Positions 40,629 through 50,888 of a stretch of 64,000 nt of DNA are shown here, in pieces. Below the pieces are notes generated by a model, which was not told the origin of the DNA, searched no databases, and saw only the letters and a list, made by a program, of their open reading frames with translations. Both the position numbers and the translations under genes were made by a program. The DNA comes from Bacteroidales bacterium (GTDB taxonomy: Bacteria; Bacteroidota; Bacteroidia; Bacteroidales; SZUA-534). Position 1 is the stretch's first letter; each line of letters opens with the position of its first letter. The DNA lies in NCBI GenBank assembly GCA_046704385.1, contig JBJKSB010000088.1, positions 6,931 through 70,930 of the forward strand, in the 5' to 3' direction.

Positions 40629-42620
40629 ATGAAAAAAATATTTTCAATATTAATTAGCATAGCACTATTGCAAGGCTGTAACCCGAATGTTTCAGAAACA
40701 ACAACACAGTTGCCTCCGTTTAGTAAGTACGAGCGCTTACCTATTTCCAACCTAAAACCCGAAGGCTGGATAAAAACATTTTTGGAATATCAGCGTACCG
40801 GTCTTACCGGACATATTGATAGTTCCGGGTTCCCTTTTAACACGGGAATGTGGACAGCCAAAATAAACGAAACAAAAGATGGAATATTCTGGTGGCCTTA
40901 TGAACAAACTGGTTATTACGTTGATGGATGTATAAAAGCCGGGTATTTATTACAAGATACTTTTTTATTGAATAAGGCCAAACATCAGATTTACTATACG
41001 CTCGAACATCCTCAGGATAACGGCCGATTGGGACCCGAACATCTTATTGGCAGGTGGAACAAGTGGCCGTATACCGGTTTCTTCCGGTCGTTTATGACAG
41101 AATATGAAGAAACACATGATTCCACTTTAATTAATGCCATGCATAGACATTATTTAACCTATAAGGCTGAAGATTTTCAGGATGAGCTTGATATCTGCAA
41201 TCTCGAAGAAATTTGCTGGCTGTTTGGTATTACCAAAGATTCAACCTTATTGAATATGGCAGAAAGTGCTTATCAGTTGTTTAAAGCCAATAAAAACAAC
41301 CACGACAGAGCAGGGTGCGATCTCGACTTTATGTCTGACCGCGTACCGGATTATCATGGTGTAGTTTATATCGAAATTGTAAAGATACCGGCTATATTAT
41401 ACAGTTACACGGGCAAACAGGAATACCTGGACGAAGCAATTCACGGGCTCCAAAAAATGGAAAAATATGACATGCTGGCTTCTGGAGTACCCAGTACTAC
41501 AGAACACTTTCATGGGATTTCTGAAAAAGCAGGACATGAAACCTGCAACGTATCCACCATACCATACACCTATGGGATAATGCTACAAGTTACCGGGAAT
41601 GCCATTTGGGCTGATAAGATTGAAAAAGCCGTTTTTAATGCAGGTATTGGTTGTGTAACAAAAGATTTCAGAGCACATCAGTATTTTTCTGCTCCCAACC
41701 AGATGATTTCAACATTGAACTCAAACTGTTACGGATATAACCCTGCCCTACAGGCGTTTATAAAAGGGCACTCTACAGAATGCTGTACAGGTAATGTCAA
41801 CAGGTTTATGCCCTATTATAGTTTTCAGATGTGGCTTAGAACAAAAAATAACGGAATTGCAGCAGCATTATACGGGCCTTCAGAAATTTCCGCCAAACTG
41901 GGACAAGACAATACCCCGATAACAATTGTTGAAAACACGAAATATCCTTTCGATGAGTCTGTAGATTTCGAGATTCAAACCCATAAAAAAGCTGAATTTG
42001 ATTTCCAGGTTAGGATTCCGGGTTGGTGCAAAAATCCTGAGATAGCATTAAACGGTAAAAAACTGGATGCTGAACTTACACCGGGAACGTTTTATACCAT
42101 ACACCGCAAATTTGTGAATGGGGATAAAATTACGCTAACGCTCCCAATGCAGGTTTCTTTCACTGAATGGCCCAATCATGGTATATCCGTAGAACGTGGC
42201 CCAATTGCTTACAGTTACCCGATACAAGATTCTGTGGTAATTAAAAAATACAGCGAAGACACACATGCAAAACCTTACAATAAGCCTCCAACTGAATTCA
42301 CTGTATCAGAGCTTTATCCGAAAGTGCAATGGAATTACGCACTTAACACATCCGATATCAGTAATGTGGAAGTTGTACAAAACAGCCATTTCGATTATCC
42401 ATGGTCTGTTACGAATGTACCCGTGAAATTGAAATTGCATGCTTACCATGTAAAAAACTGGGAGTTGTTTAAACCGGATAATAACAAGAATGATATTGAA
42501 TATTATCAAACATCGGCTTTTCCTGAAAAACCAGATATTACAGATGAAGACGATACCATTGAATTAGTACCTTATGGATGTACGTTATTGCGAGTAACCG
42601 TATTTCCACAAGCTAATTAA
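40629..42620 (+). CDS. GH127/GH146-like (beta-L-arabinofuranosidase-like) cysteine glycosidase lipoprotein
   Basis: Likely start MKKIFS...LQGC lipobox at 40629; HETC and ECCTGN motifs, TKYPFD, RIPGW, ERGP, LVPYG. Confidence 0.82.
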   Translation: MKKIFSILISIALLQGCNPNVSETTTQLPPFSKYERLPISNLKPEGWIKTFLEYQRTGLTGHIDSSGFPFNTGMWTAKINETKDGIFWWPYEQTGYYVDGCIKAGYLLQDTFLLNKAKHQIYYTLEHPQDNGRLGPEHLIGRWNKWPYTGFFRSFMTEYEETHDSTLINAMHRHYLTYKAEDFQDELDICNLEEICWLFGITKDSTLLNMAESAYQLFKANKNNHDRAGCDLDFMSDRVPDYHGVVYIEIVKIPAILYSYTGKQEYLDEAIHGLQKMEKYDMLASGVPSTTEHFHGISEKAGHETCNVSTIPYTYGIMLQVTGNAIWADKIEKAVFNAGIGCVTKDFRAHQYFSAPNQMISTLNSNCYGYNPALQAFIKGHSTECCTGNVNRFMPYYSFQMWLRTKNNGIAAALYGPSEISAKLGQDNTPITIVENTKYPFDESVDFEIQTHKKAEFDFQVRIPGWCKNPEIALNGKKLDAELTPGTFYTIHRKFVNGDKITLTLPMQVSFTEWPNHGISVERGPIAYSYPIQDSVVIKKYSEDTHAKPYNKPPTEFTVSELYPKVQWNYALNTSDISNVEVVQNSHFDYPWSVTNVPVKLKLHAYHVKNWELFKPDNNKNDIEYYQTSAFPEKPDITDEDDTIELVPYGCTLLRVTVFPQAN

Positions 42621-42650
42621 AGAGCAAAATAAATTTAAGTTTGAGTTTGT

Positions 42651-42990
42651 ATGATAACATCAATACAGCGCATGTCGGTTCACGATGGCCCCGGGATTAG
42701 AACTACGGTTTTTCTCAAAGGGTGCAACATGCGTTGCTATTGGTGTCATGCTCCGGAAACCTGGTTCAGTACCGTTCAACTTTAATATTTACAAGAAAAA
42801 TATATTGAAGCTCTTCGCAGCAAGCTGACGGGGAATTCACTCACAGAATTCAAGGCGGAAATGTGTTCAAGCCTGCAAACAAGTTGCCTGGAGTATTGAA
42901 AAGAATAAATTAACACTTAACAGATCATTATGCCAAAATAATGAAGATTGTGCAATACAATGTTATTCTGGCTCAATTGGTTGTGGATAG
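42651..42990 (+). pseudogene. Decayed glycyl-radical enzyme activating enzyme (radical SAM with ferredoxin insert)
   Basis: Manual translation [37 protein letters not shown] then TAA (42783-42785); after a palindromic insert and frame change KCVQACKQ...SLCQNNEDCAIQCYSG; remainder of the gene absent. Confidence 0.88.
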
Positions 42991-43030
42991 AATATTAGAA
43001 AGTTAACTATAACAAACAAAGTAAAATCTT

Positions 43031-44431
43031 ATGAAATCAATTACTAAAGAAAGAAATAACATTTATTTGCTAATAATTACCATTATTGCCGCGCTAGGCG
43101 GTTTTCTTTTTGGCTACGATACGGCTATCATTTCAGGAACCATAAGTTTTGTTAAAGAAAAATTTGCCCTGGATACGGCCATGGAAGGGTGGTTTGTAAG
43201 TTCCGCACTTGTAGGTTGTATCGTGGGTGTATCAGTTGCCGGTGAATTAGGCGACCGGTATGGACGTAAAGTTTCACTCATTGTATCGGGATTTTTATTT
43301 TCCCTTTCCGGTATTGGTTGTGCTTTCTCTCAGTCACATACACAATTAATCTTGTTTAGGTTGGTTGGTGGCATTGGCGTGGGTGTAGCTTCAATGCTGT
43401 CACCTTTATATATTTCAGAAATTGCTCCTGCCAGGATTCGGGGAAGATTGGTGGCTCTTTATCAATTTGCCATAACACTTGGCATTTTGACGGCATACTT
43501 TGTTAATGCTTTTTTATTAAAACTTAGCTTGTCGCATACTTTTCTTGCAGAAGGACAACATTCCGTTTTACATTATCTTCTGAAAGAAGAAATATGGCGC
43601 GGAATGCTGGCGAGTTTATCAGTTCCGGCAATTGCATTTTTCGCTTCATTGTTTATCGTTCCCAAAAGCCCGAGATGGTATGCGTCAAAAAATAAAATTA
43701 CACAGGCTACAGCCGTATTGAATAAAATCCATGGTGAGGAGGTTGCTGCTGAGGAAATGAAGGCAATACAATCAGCGCTTGCTAAAGAAGAAAAAGGCTC
43801 CTGGGCTTCCATATTTCATGGTAAAATGAAAATTGCAATTGTGGTCGGTGTAATTCTTGCCATTTTATCCCAGTTAACTGGTATAAACGCCATAATTTAT
43901 TACGGGCCGCGCATAATGGAAGAGGCCGGTTTGAAATTAAGTGATGCTTTAGGAGGACAGGTAATAATTGGTATTGTTAATGTTGTTGCCACCATATTTG
44001 CAATTTGGAAAATAGATCAATATGGACGAAAAAAACTAATGTTTGGTGGCATTACTGGGATGTTTATTTCGCTGATCCTGGTTGGAACGCTGTTTATGCT
44101 CGAAAAAACCAGCAGTATTTTATTCATCATTTTCATCTTGACTTTTATTGCTTCTTTCGCCGTGAGTTACGGTCCCGTGTTATGGGTTTTATTATCCGAG
44201 ATATATCCAACAAAAATCCGGGGTAGAGCCATGTCAATCGCTACATTAGCATTATGGGCCGGAACCGCAATAATCGGTCAACTTGTTCCCTGGTTATTGA
44301 AAACACTTTCACCGGCAGGAACGTTCCTTGTTTTTGCAGTTTTTTGCATTCCCGTACCATTTCTATTAAAATTAATACCGGAGACCAAAGGTAAATCCCT
44401 GGAAGAAATCGAGAATTTTTGGTTGGATTAA
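43031..44431 (+). CDS. Sugar porter family MFS transporter
   Basis: GGFLFGYDT, DRYGRK, YISEIAP..RG, QLTGINAIIYY, PETKGKSLEEIE. Confidence 0.95.
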   Translation: MKSITKERNNIYLLIITIIAALGGFLFGYDTAIISGTISFVKEKFALDTAMEGWFVSSALVGCIVGVSVAGELGDRYGRKVSLIVSGFLFSLSGIGCAFSQSHTQLILFRLVGGIGVGVASMLSPLYISEIAPARIRGRLVALYQFAITLGILTAYFVNAFLLKLSLSHTFLAEGQHSVLHYLLKEEIWRGMLASLSVPAIAFFASLFIVPKSPRWYASKNKITQATAVLNKIHGEEVAAEEMKAIQSALAKEEKGSWASIFHGKMKIAIVVGVILAILSQLTGINAIIYYGPRIMEEAGLKLSDALGGQVIIGIVNVVATIFAIWKIDQYGRKKLMFGGITGMFISLILVGTLFMLEKTSSILFIIFILTFIASFAVSYGPVLWVLLSEIYPTKIRGRAMSIATLALWAGTAIIGQLVPWLLKTLSPAGTFLVFAVFCIPVPFLLKLIPETKGKSLEEIENFWLD

Positions 44432-44444
44432 TTAAAAATTATAA

Positions 44445-45329
<885 letters not shown>

Positions 45330-45332
45330 ATC

Positions 45333-45500
45333 CGGCAAGAAGAATTACGTCAAAACCTTGAGGAATTGCAGGCAACACAAGAAGAGGTTGCAAGGTTGCG
45401 TGAAGAGAATCGTATAAAAAATGAGACGATGATTAATGAAGTTGAATTGCATCGGAAGACCTCAATTAAAATATTGGATCAAATACCTTGTAAAATATTT
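45333..45500 (+). pseudogene. Fragment of a GAF/PAS-type signalling protein
   Basis: Reads QEELRQNLEELQATQEEVARL...ILDQIPCKIF, the coiled-coil/PAS-entry motif of Bacteroidota GAF-PAS proteins; no start codon or upstream domains. Confidence 0.7.
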
Positions 45501-45807
45501 TTATTTGGATTTTGTCTTGTATCAAAAACCCGGTTAATGTAAATAATTGGTTTTCTATCACTTGTCCTGTAAGTAATTTTTATATTTTGTTCAATCAACT
45601 TTTTGTAAATTCTTTTCAGGTGAGTAAATTGTTCGTCAATTGCACCCATATCCACAAATCTACGATCTGATAAAAAATCAACTTTATTAACTACAGACTC
45701 TATAAGCTCAAATGCTTTGCCTCACCAATTTGTTTGGTATAAAAATTATAAACTTTACGCAGGTCTTTAACTGCTCTTGATGTCCAGCTTATTTTGTAGG
45801 TCTCCAA
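45479..45807 (-). pseudogene. RelE/ParE family toxin, frameshifted
   Basis: METYKISWTSRAVKDLRKVYNFY...GEA, then shifted frame KAFELIESVV...IYINRVFDTRQNP; one A missing from GCAAAGCA near 45716-45718. Confidence 0.8.
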
Positions 45808-45992
45808 TTTAAAATCTCCTGCTTTAATGATTCCTGTGATATCAAATTACCTTTTAAGATATCTTCCTCTGATTCTTCAATTAGAGATTCATTCAAAATT
45901 GATATCATTTTTTCATAAATATCATCAATAGCCGGCTCGTTCACCTGGTGCAAATGACTATGTATAAAATCCCGTTTTTCAATTGTGTTCAT
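45789..45992 (-). CDS. Putative antitoxin of the ParE/RelE module
   Basis: 67-aa acidic protein ending EESEEDILKGNLISQESLKQEILNW; overlaps the toxin start. Confidence 0.7.
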   Translation of the reverse strand: MNTIEKRDFIHSHLHQVNEPAIDDIYEKMISILNESLIEESEEDILKGNLISQESLKQEILNWRPTK

Positions 45993-46130
45993 AATTTCCA
46001 GTGTTTTAAGCTTCCACAAAGTTAACGATTAATTATCATTTATGGTTTTAGACATTGATTAGAACTTTTCATCATGTTTCAATAACTCTTAAATTAAAAT
46101 TTTACGAACACGCATGTTACAGGTAATTAC

Positions 46131-47801
46131 CTAAATCCCCAACAAAACCATATCAAAATCACTGTCCAATGTCACTCTCCCATTCTTAACCTCAATCTGT
46201 TGCCCTGAATAATAGTCAATTAACACATCTCCGTTATTAAAAGTACCCTGCAAATCAATTTGCTTTTTACCTTTGGGTAAACCCAGACCCACTACTACTT
46301 TATTAGTGTAATCACCTTTGGTATACACACGCTTGAAAATATAAGGATCTTTCGACAGCATGGTATGAACCCCGGCACCCACGGCTGGATTATTCTTGCG
46401 AAATTTTCCTAATTTTTGATAGTGGGTCAGCACATCCTGTACTTTTTGATCGTTTCGGGTTGCATTCTCTGCTATTTCATCCCAATTCATAAAACAACGA
46501 AGTGTGGCATCGCCTTCAGTGCCTTCAATCGTCAGGCTTCGTAACGACTCATCACCATAATAAATTTGTGCTTCGCCGGGAGCCAATAACAGTTTGGTTC
46601 CACCCTCAATGCCTTTCATCCGCTCTTTATCAAAGGGTTGCCCGTCGTCATGCGATGATAAGTAATTCAGTACGGTGTAACCTTTTAAATCACCAGTTAA
46701 CATATTGTTATATTTTGAAAACAATTCTTCATAATTTAACTGCCGGGCATTCCATTTAAACTCGAAATTAATCAGGCTGTTCATACCGCCTTCAGTAAAA
46801 TAATCCACATTTACGCCGCCGTTGTTATAATTCTGACCACCAGAAATTCCATAGCCGTAAACTTCGCCTGTCAGGAAAAAATCGTTGTCGTCAAGCACTT
46901 TATCAGGATGCGCTGCTTTCCATTCTGCAAACGCTTTTTTAGCTTCTTTTGCGAGTTCAGCCCACAGGCTGGCCTCGGTATGTTTAGCTGTATCAATTCG
47001 GAACCCGTCAATGCCGTACTTCTTAATAAAATCGACCAGCCATTTTATTATATAATAACGAGGTGCCCTTGGATAACCTGTTTCAGTAAAGAATTTCTCA
47101 AGTGATGCCAGCTGATCTTCCAACCGGCCTTCTTTTTCCCATTTATCTACAATAAACTGAGGCAGGTCTACCGCCTGGTTGCTTTCAGTTAAAATATCGG
47201 GCAAATTTTTTGTAAGGGTACAATGCACAGTCGATTCATAATCTTTGTAGGTGCATGTGGGGCCTTTACGTGCCCACTCTCTTCCCCAGTAAGGATCAAC
47301 ATCAGTAACCGGACCCGTATGATTGATAATAATATCCATTATGATACGAATACCCTGGCTGTGCGCCAGATCAACCAGTTCGGCAAATTCAACTTCGGTA
47401 CCAAAATTGGGTTCAATGGCTGTCCAGTCCTTTATCCAATAACCATGAAAAGCATAGGTAAACCCGGTTCCTTCATCCACACCACCGTGTATTTGTTCAA
47501 AAACAGGCGAAAACCACAAGGCAGTTACTCCCAGATCAGTAAAATAACCTTCTTTTAATTTTTTAATGATGCCGGCAAAATCACCACCTTCAAAACCCCG
47601 GTCCAGTCCGGTGGTTTTGGTGCGGTTAAAATTTACATCGTTACCAGGATTGCCATTATAAAACCGGTCGGTTAATAAAAAATAAACATTGGCATTTCCC
47701 CACACAAATGGAGCTTCCTTTTTAGCAACAGATTTGCTTTTTTGCATGTTGCAGCCAAATAATAAAACCCCTAAAACCAATAAGCTAAGTATCTTTTTCA
47801 T
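46131..47801 (-). CDS. GH13 alpha-amylase family lipoprotein
   Basis: Lipobox LFGC; YFLLTDRF, GGDF, FHGYW, DIIINH, DGFRIDTAKH, GEV, SSHD, IYYGDE. Confidence 0.93.
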   Translation of the reverse strand: MKKILSLLVLGVLLFGCNMQKSKSVAKKEAPFVWGNANVYFLLTDRFYNGNPGNDVNFNRTKTTGLDRGFEGGDFAGIIKKLKEGYFTDLGVTALWFSPVFEQIHGGVDEGTGFTYAFHGYWIKDWTAIEPNFGTEVEFAELVDLAHSQGIRIIMDIIINHTGPVTDVDPYWGREWARKGPTCTYKDYESTVHCTLTKNLPDILTESNQAVDLPQFIVDKWEKEGRLEDQLASLEKFFTETGYPRAPRYYIIKWLVDFIKKYGIDGFRIDTAKHTEASLWAELAKEAKKAFAEWKAAHPDKVLDDNDFFLTGEVYGYGISGGQNYNNGGVNVDYFTEGGMNSLINFEFKWNARQLNYEELFSKYNNMLTGDLKGYTVLNYLSSHDDGQPFDKERMKGIEGGTKLLLAPGEAQIYYGDESLRSLTIEGTEGDATLRCFMNWDEIAENATRNDQKVQDVLTHYQKLGKFRKNNPAVGAGVHTMLSKDPYIFKRVYTKGDYTNKVVVGLGLPKGKKQIDLQGTFNNGDVLIDYYSGQQIEVKNGRVTLDSDFDMVLLGI

Positions 47802-47915
47802 GATTTATACAATTAATTATGGCATCCAAATTAACTAATATGACCGATATTTCCATAAAAATATAAAGATTAGGGTTAAGTGTCCGGTTTGGCATTAAAA
47901 TTCTGATATTTAATA

Positions 47916-48073
47916 TGGGCGCGACTCAAACCTCGTATCCGTAAGTCATCGGATGACTTGTTAATTTATAGGTAATTCGTTCAATACTTTTGTACTTCTA
48001 TTTTTTTGTCATCCGATGATTATCAACTAATTGTGAAAGAGGCCTACTGATTTTAGTCCAAATTGCACTCCGA
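47916..48073. mobile_element. MITE-like element, copy 2 (homologous to 657-819)
   Basis: gggcgcgactcaaacct ... gcactccga termini; interior aligns with the reverse complement of 657-819. Confidence 0.75.
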
Positions 48074-48318
48074 TTGGTTGTAAAATACTGCGATTTAAAT
48101 TACCTGTTAAGATTATAATTTGTATGTCCTATCAATTAAATCGCAAAAAATACTTCCTAAATACATTAAAATTATAATTGTAATTTTTACCTTTATTCCG
48201 AAATCATTCTACAATTTAAACCGGTAATTATGAAATAGCCATAGTAATATAATTGCATTCAACCATAATGATTATTTATGGCGTATTCCATCTGACCATT
48301 AAAATAAATTATAAACAG

Positions 48319-49461
48319 ATGAAAAAAACTATTTTATTTCAAATTTTGATTGTTGCATTAGTTACAATATCATGCAACACAAAAAAGGCAGAAACCTCTT
48401 TGCCATTAAATCCCGAAAACTTTGTAAAACAGGTTGATTCGAAAACAACGGGGTTATACCTGCTAAAAGCCAGTGACAATTTTCAAGTGGCAATCACTAA
48501 TTTTGGTGCACGTATCGTCGGCATTTTCACTCCTGATAAAAATGGTGTATTAACCGATGTAATTCTCGGTTTCAATTCCATCGACGAGTACATAAATTCA
48601 AAAGATCCTTATTTTGGCCCCATTGTAGGAAGGGTGGGAAACCGTATTGCCAAAGGCACATTTACCTTAGACAGTGTTGAATATCATCTGGCTATCAATA
48701 ACGGGGTAAACCATCTGCATGGAGGAATAAAAGGACTTCATAAGGTAGTTTGGGATGTGGTTTCAGCCAGCGATAAAAAACTGGCGTTGAATTACAAATC
48801 GAAAGACATGGAGGAAGGTTACCCCGGCAACCTTGATATTACTGTAACATACAGTGTTGAAGATGGTAATACTTTGATGATTGATTATAAAGCAACAACC
48901 GATAAAGCTACTCCTGTTAATCTAACCAGTCATGGATACTATAACCTGAATGGTAAAAGCAATATTTCGATTAATAATCTTGAACTTCAGATTTTTGCCA
49001 ATGAATATACCCCGGTTGATTCTACACTGATTCCTTTGGGAGAAAATGTAAGCGTTGAAAACACTCCATTCGACTTTCGCACTCCAAAAGCTGTTGGAAC
49101 CGATGTAAAAGCAGATAATATACAATTGACTAATGCCGGAGGTTACGACCATAACTGGGTTATTGATACCACTCAAAAAGTTGACGGCTTTTATAAAGCT
49201 GCTATAGTATCTTCACCCATTACCGGAATTCAGATGGAGGTTTTAACCAAGGAACCGGGTATTCAGTTTTATGGAGGAAATTTCTTTGATGGTACAATCA
49301 CCACCCTGGATGGTAATAAAGTAGGTTATCGGTGTGCTATTGCACTGGAACCTCAACATTTTCCAGATGCTGTAAATCAGCCCAATTTTCCGTCTATTAT
49401 TTTAAGGCCGGGCGAAATTTACAGCACCCAAAGCAAATATATTTTCAGTGTAACTCAGTAA
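48319..49461 (+). CDS. galM: Aldose 1-epimerase (mutarotase), lipoprotein
   Basis: GRVGNRI, LHGG, GYPG, NLTSH.YYNL, YDHN, PGIQFY, LEPQHFPD; ATG at 48319 with lipobox TISC. Confidence 0.95.
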   Translation: MKKTILFQILIVALVTISCNTKKAETSLPLNPENFVKQVDSKTTGLYLLKASDNFQVAITNFGARIVGIFTPDKNGVLTDVILGFNSIDEYINSKDPYFGPIVGRVGNRIAKGTFTLDSVEYHLAINNGVNHLHGGIKGLHKVVWDVVSASDKKLALNYKSKDMEEGYPGNLDITVTYSVEDGNTLMIDYKATTDKATPVNLTSHGYYNLNGKSNISINNLELQIFANEYTPVDSTLIPLGENVSVENTPFDFRTPKAVGTDVKADNIQLTNAGGYDHNWVIDTTQKVDGFYKAAIVSSPITGIQMEVLTKEPGIQFYGGNFFDGTITTLDGNKVGYRCAIALEPQHFPDAVNQPNFPSIILRPGEIYSTQSKYIFSVTQ

Positions 49462-49479
49462 ACTGATAAAACTTAAAAT

Positions 49480-49520
49480 AAAAAGTCTGCTAATTCTGAT
49501 TATAAATTAGCAGACTTTTT
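49480..49520. terminator. Bidirectional intrinsic terminator between convergent galM and GH88
   Basis: AAAAAGTCTGCTAATT / AATTAGCAGACTTTTT perfect IR. Confidence 0.85.
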
Positions 49521-49543
49521 ATTTTAGCATGATAGATTGTTCA

Positions 49544-50773
49544 TTATAACGGAACTTTCCCTAAATCCTGATTTTTGGCCGAAAAATCAACCCCTTCAAG
49601 CTCAACCTTTCGTTTTAAAGCCTCAAGGTAGTAATAATCGGCATAAATAATAGGTACATCCACCTCATCATTCTTTGGTTTGTTCCCGGTGCTATGTTCC
49701 AGAAAAAAAGGTGAAGCCACCGAATCAGCAGTTCTGTATTTATCAGATGACAATGAAACCATAATTTTATCAGCCCAATTTTTATATTTAGCCGAATCCC
49801 TGGAATCATAGCGACATAGTTCATATAAAGCTGAAGCTGATATTGCTGCCGCAGATGCATCACGGGGAGCATCAGGAATGGCTGAATCATTAAAATCCCA
49901 ATAAGGAATAAAGTCATCGGGTAAATTAGGATTATTAAAAATAAAATCAGCAATATGTTCTGCCTGGGAAAGGAATTGTACATCGCGGGTTTCGCGGTAT
50001 ACCATAGTAAAACCATATAACCCCCAGGCCTGTCCCCTCGCCCAGGCCGAAACATCGCTAAAACCCTGATGGGTTTGTTTGTGCAATACTTTTCCGGTAA
50101 TTGAATCATAATCAACAACATGATAACTGCTGTAATCAGACCGATAATGATTCTTCATAGTATTTAATGCATGATTGCAGGCAATGTTGTAAAATAAAGA
50201 ATCGTGCGTTTCATCAAAAGCCCAGAACAATAACTCCAGGTTCATCATATTATCAATAATTACCGGGTATTGCCATATATTATCGTGATGATCCCAGGAG
50301 CGTATACAACCTACTTTTGGGTTATATCGGGTAGCAAGCGTTCGCGCACTTTGCAATAAAATGGTTTTATACGCCTGTTTGTGCGTAAGCCTGTATCCAT
50401 TACCAAAACTGCAATACATCTTAAATCCCATGTCGTGGGTTTTTCCATTATATTGTTCCGGCTCCATAATCTGAGTACGTTCCTCTGCAGCTTGTTTAAA
50501 AACGGTATCGTGCGTAAGCTCAAATAAATACCACAAACACCCCGGATAAAAACCACTTGTCCAGTCCTTTGACGGAACCATTATAATCTTACCATTCGCC
50601 TCCTGGGTTCGTGGATTGCCCATTTTTCCCCTAAATGACGGAATATAATTTAAGTACCGTCCAGATATGGAGGACAACCATTGTTCTGGTACATTATCCT
50701 TGGTCTCACATGAGAAGTTAATAATCGTAAAACAAAGAATAAAAATTGTTACTATATAACGGGAACGGGTCAT
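49544..50773 (-). CDS. GH88 unsaturated glucuronyl hydrolase
   Basis: WTSGFYPG, THDMGF, IIDNMMN, WARGQAW, RDASA, YADYYYLEAL. Confidence 0.93.
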   Translation of the reverse strand: MTRSRYIVTIFILCFTIINFSCETKDNVPEQWLSSISGRYLNYIPSFRGKMGNPRTQEANGKIIMVPSKDWTSGFYPGCLWYLFELTHDTVFKQAAEERTQIMEPEQYNGKTHDMGFKMYCSFGNGYRLTHKQAYKTILLQSARTLATRYNPKVGCIRSWDHHDNIWQYPVIIDNMMNLELLFWAFDETHDSLFYNIACNHALNTMKNHYRSDYSSYHVVDYDSITGKVLHKQTHQGFSDVSAWARGQAWGLYGFTMVYRETRDVQFLSQAEHIADFIFNNPNLPDDFIPYWDFNDSAIPDAPRDASAAAISASALYELCRYDSRDSAKYKNWADKIMVSLSSDKYRTADSVASPFFLEHSTGNKPKNDEVDVPIIYADYYYLEALKRKVELEGVDFSAKNQDLGKVPL

Positions 50774-50804
50774 TTTGTTGCTTTAGAAAACTTATTAAAA
50801 ACAA

Positions 50805-50877
50805 GAGGATGCCTGAATATAATTACTGCAAAACCAAAGCAGTTTTACCCCCATTATCAAAATTATCAGGCACCCTC
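50805..50877 (-). terminator. Large-loop hairpin/terminator between the T9SS beta-helix gene and GH88
   Basis: Minus strand GAGGGTGCCTGA...TCAGGCATCCTC then TTGTTTTT; internal ACTGC/GCAGT stem in the loop. Confidence 0.5.
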
Positions 50878-50888
50878 CTCTTAAAAAA

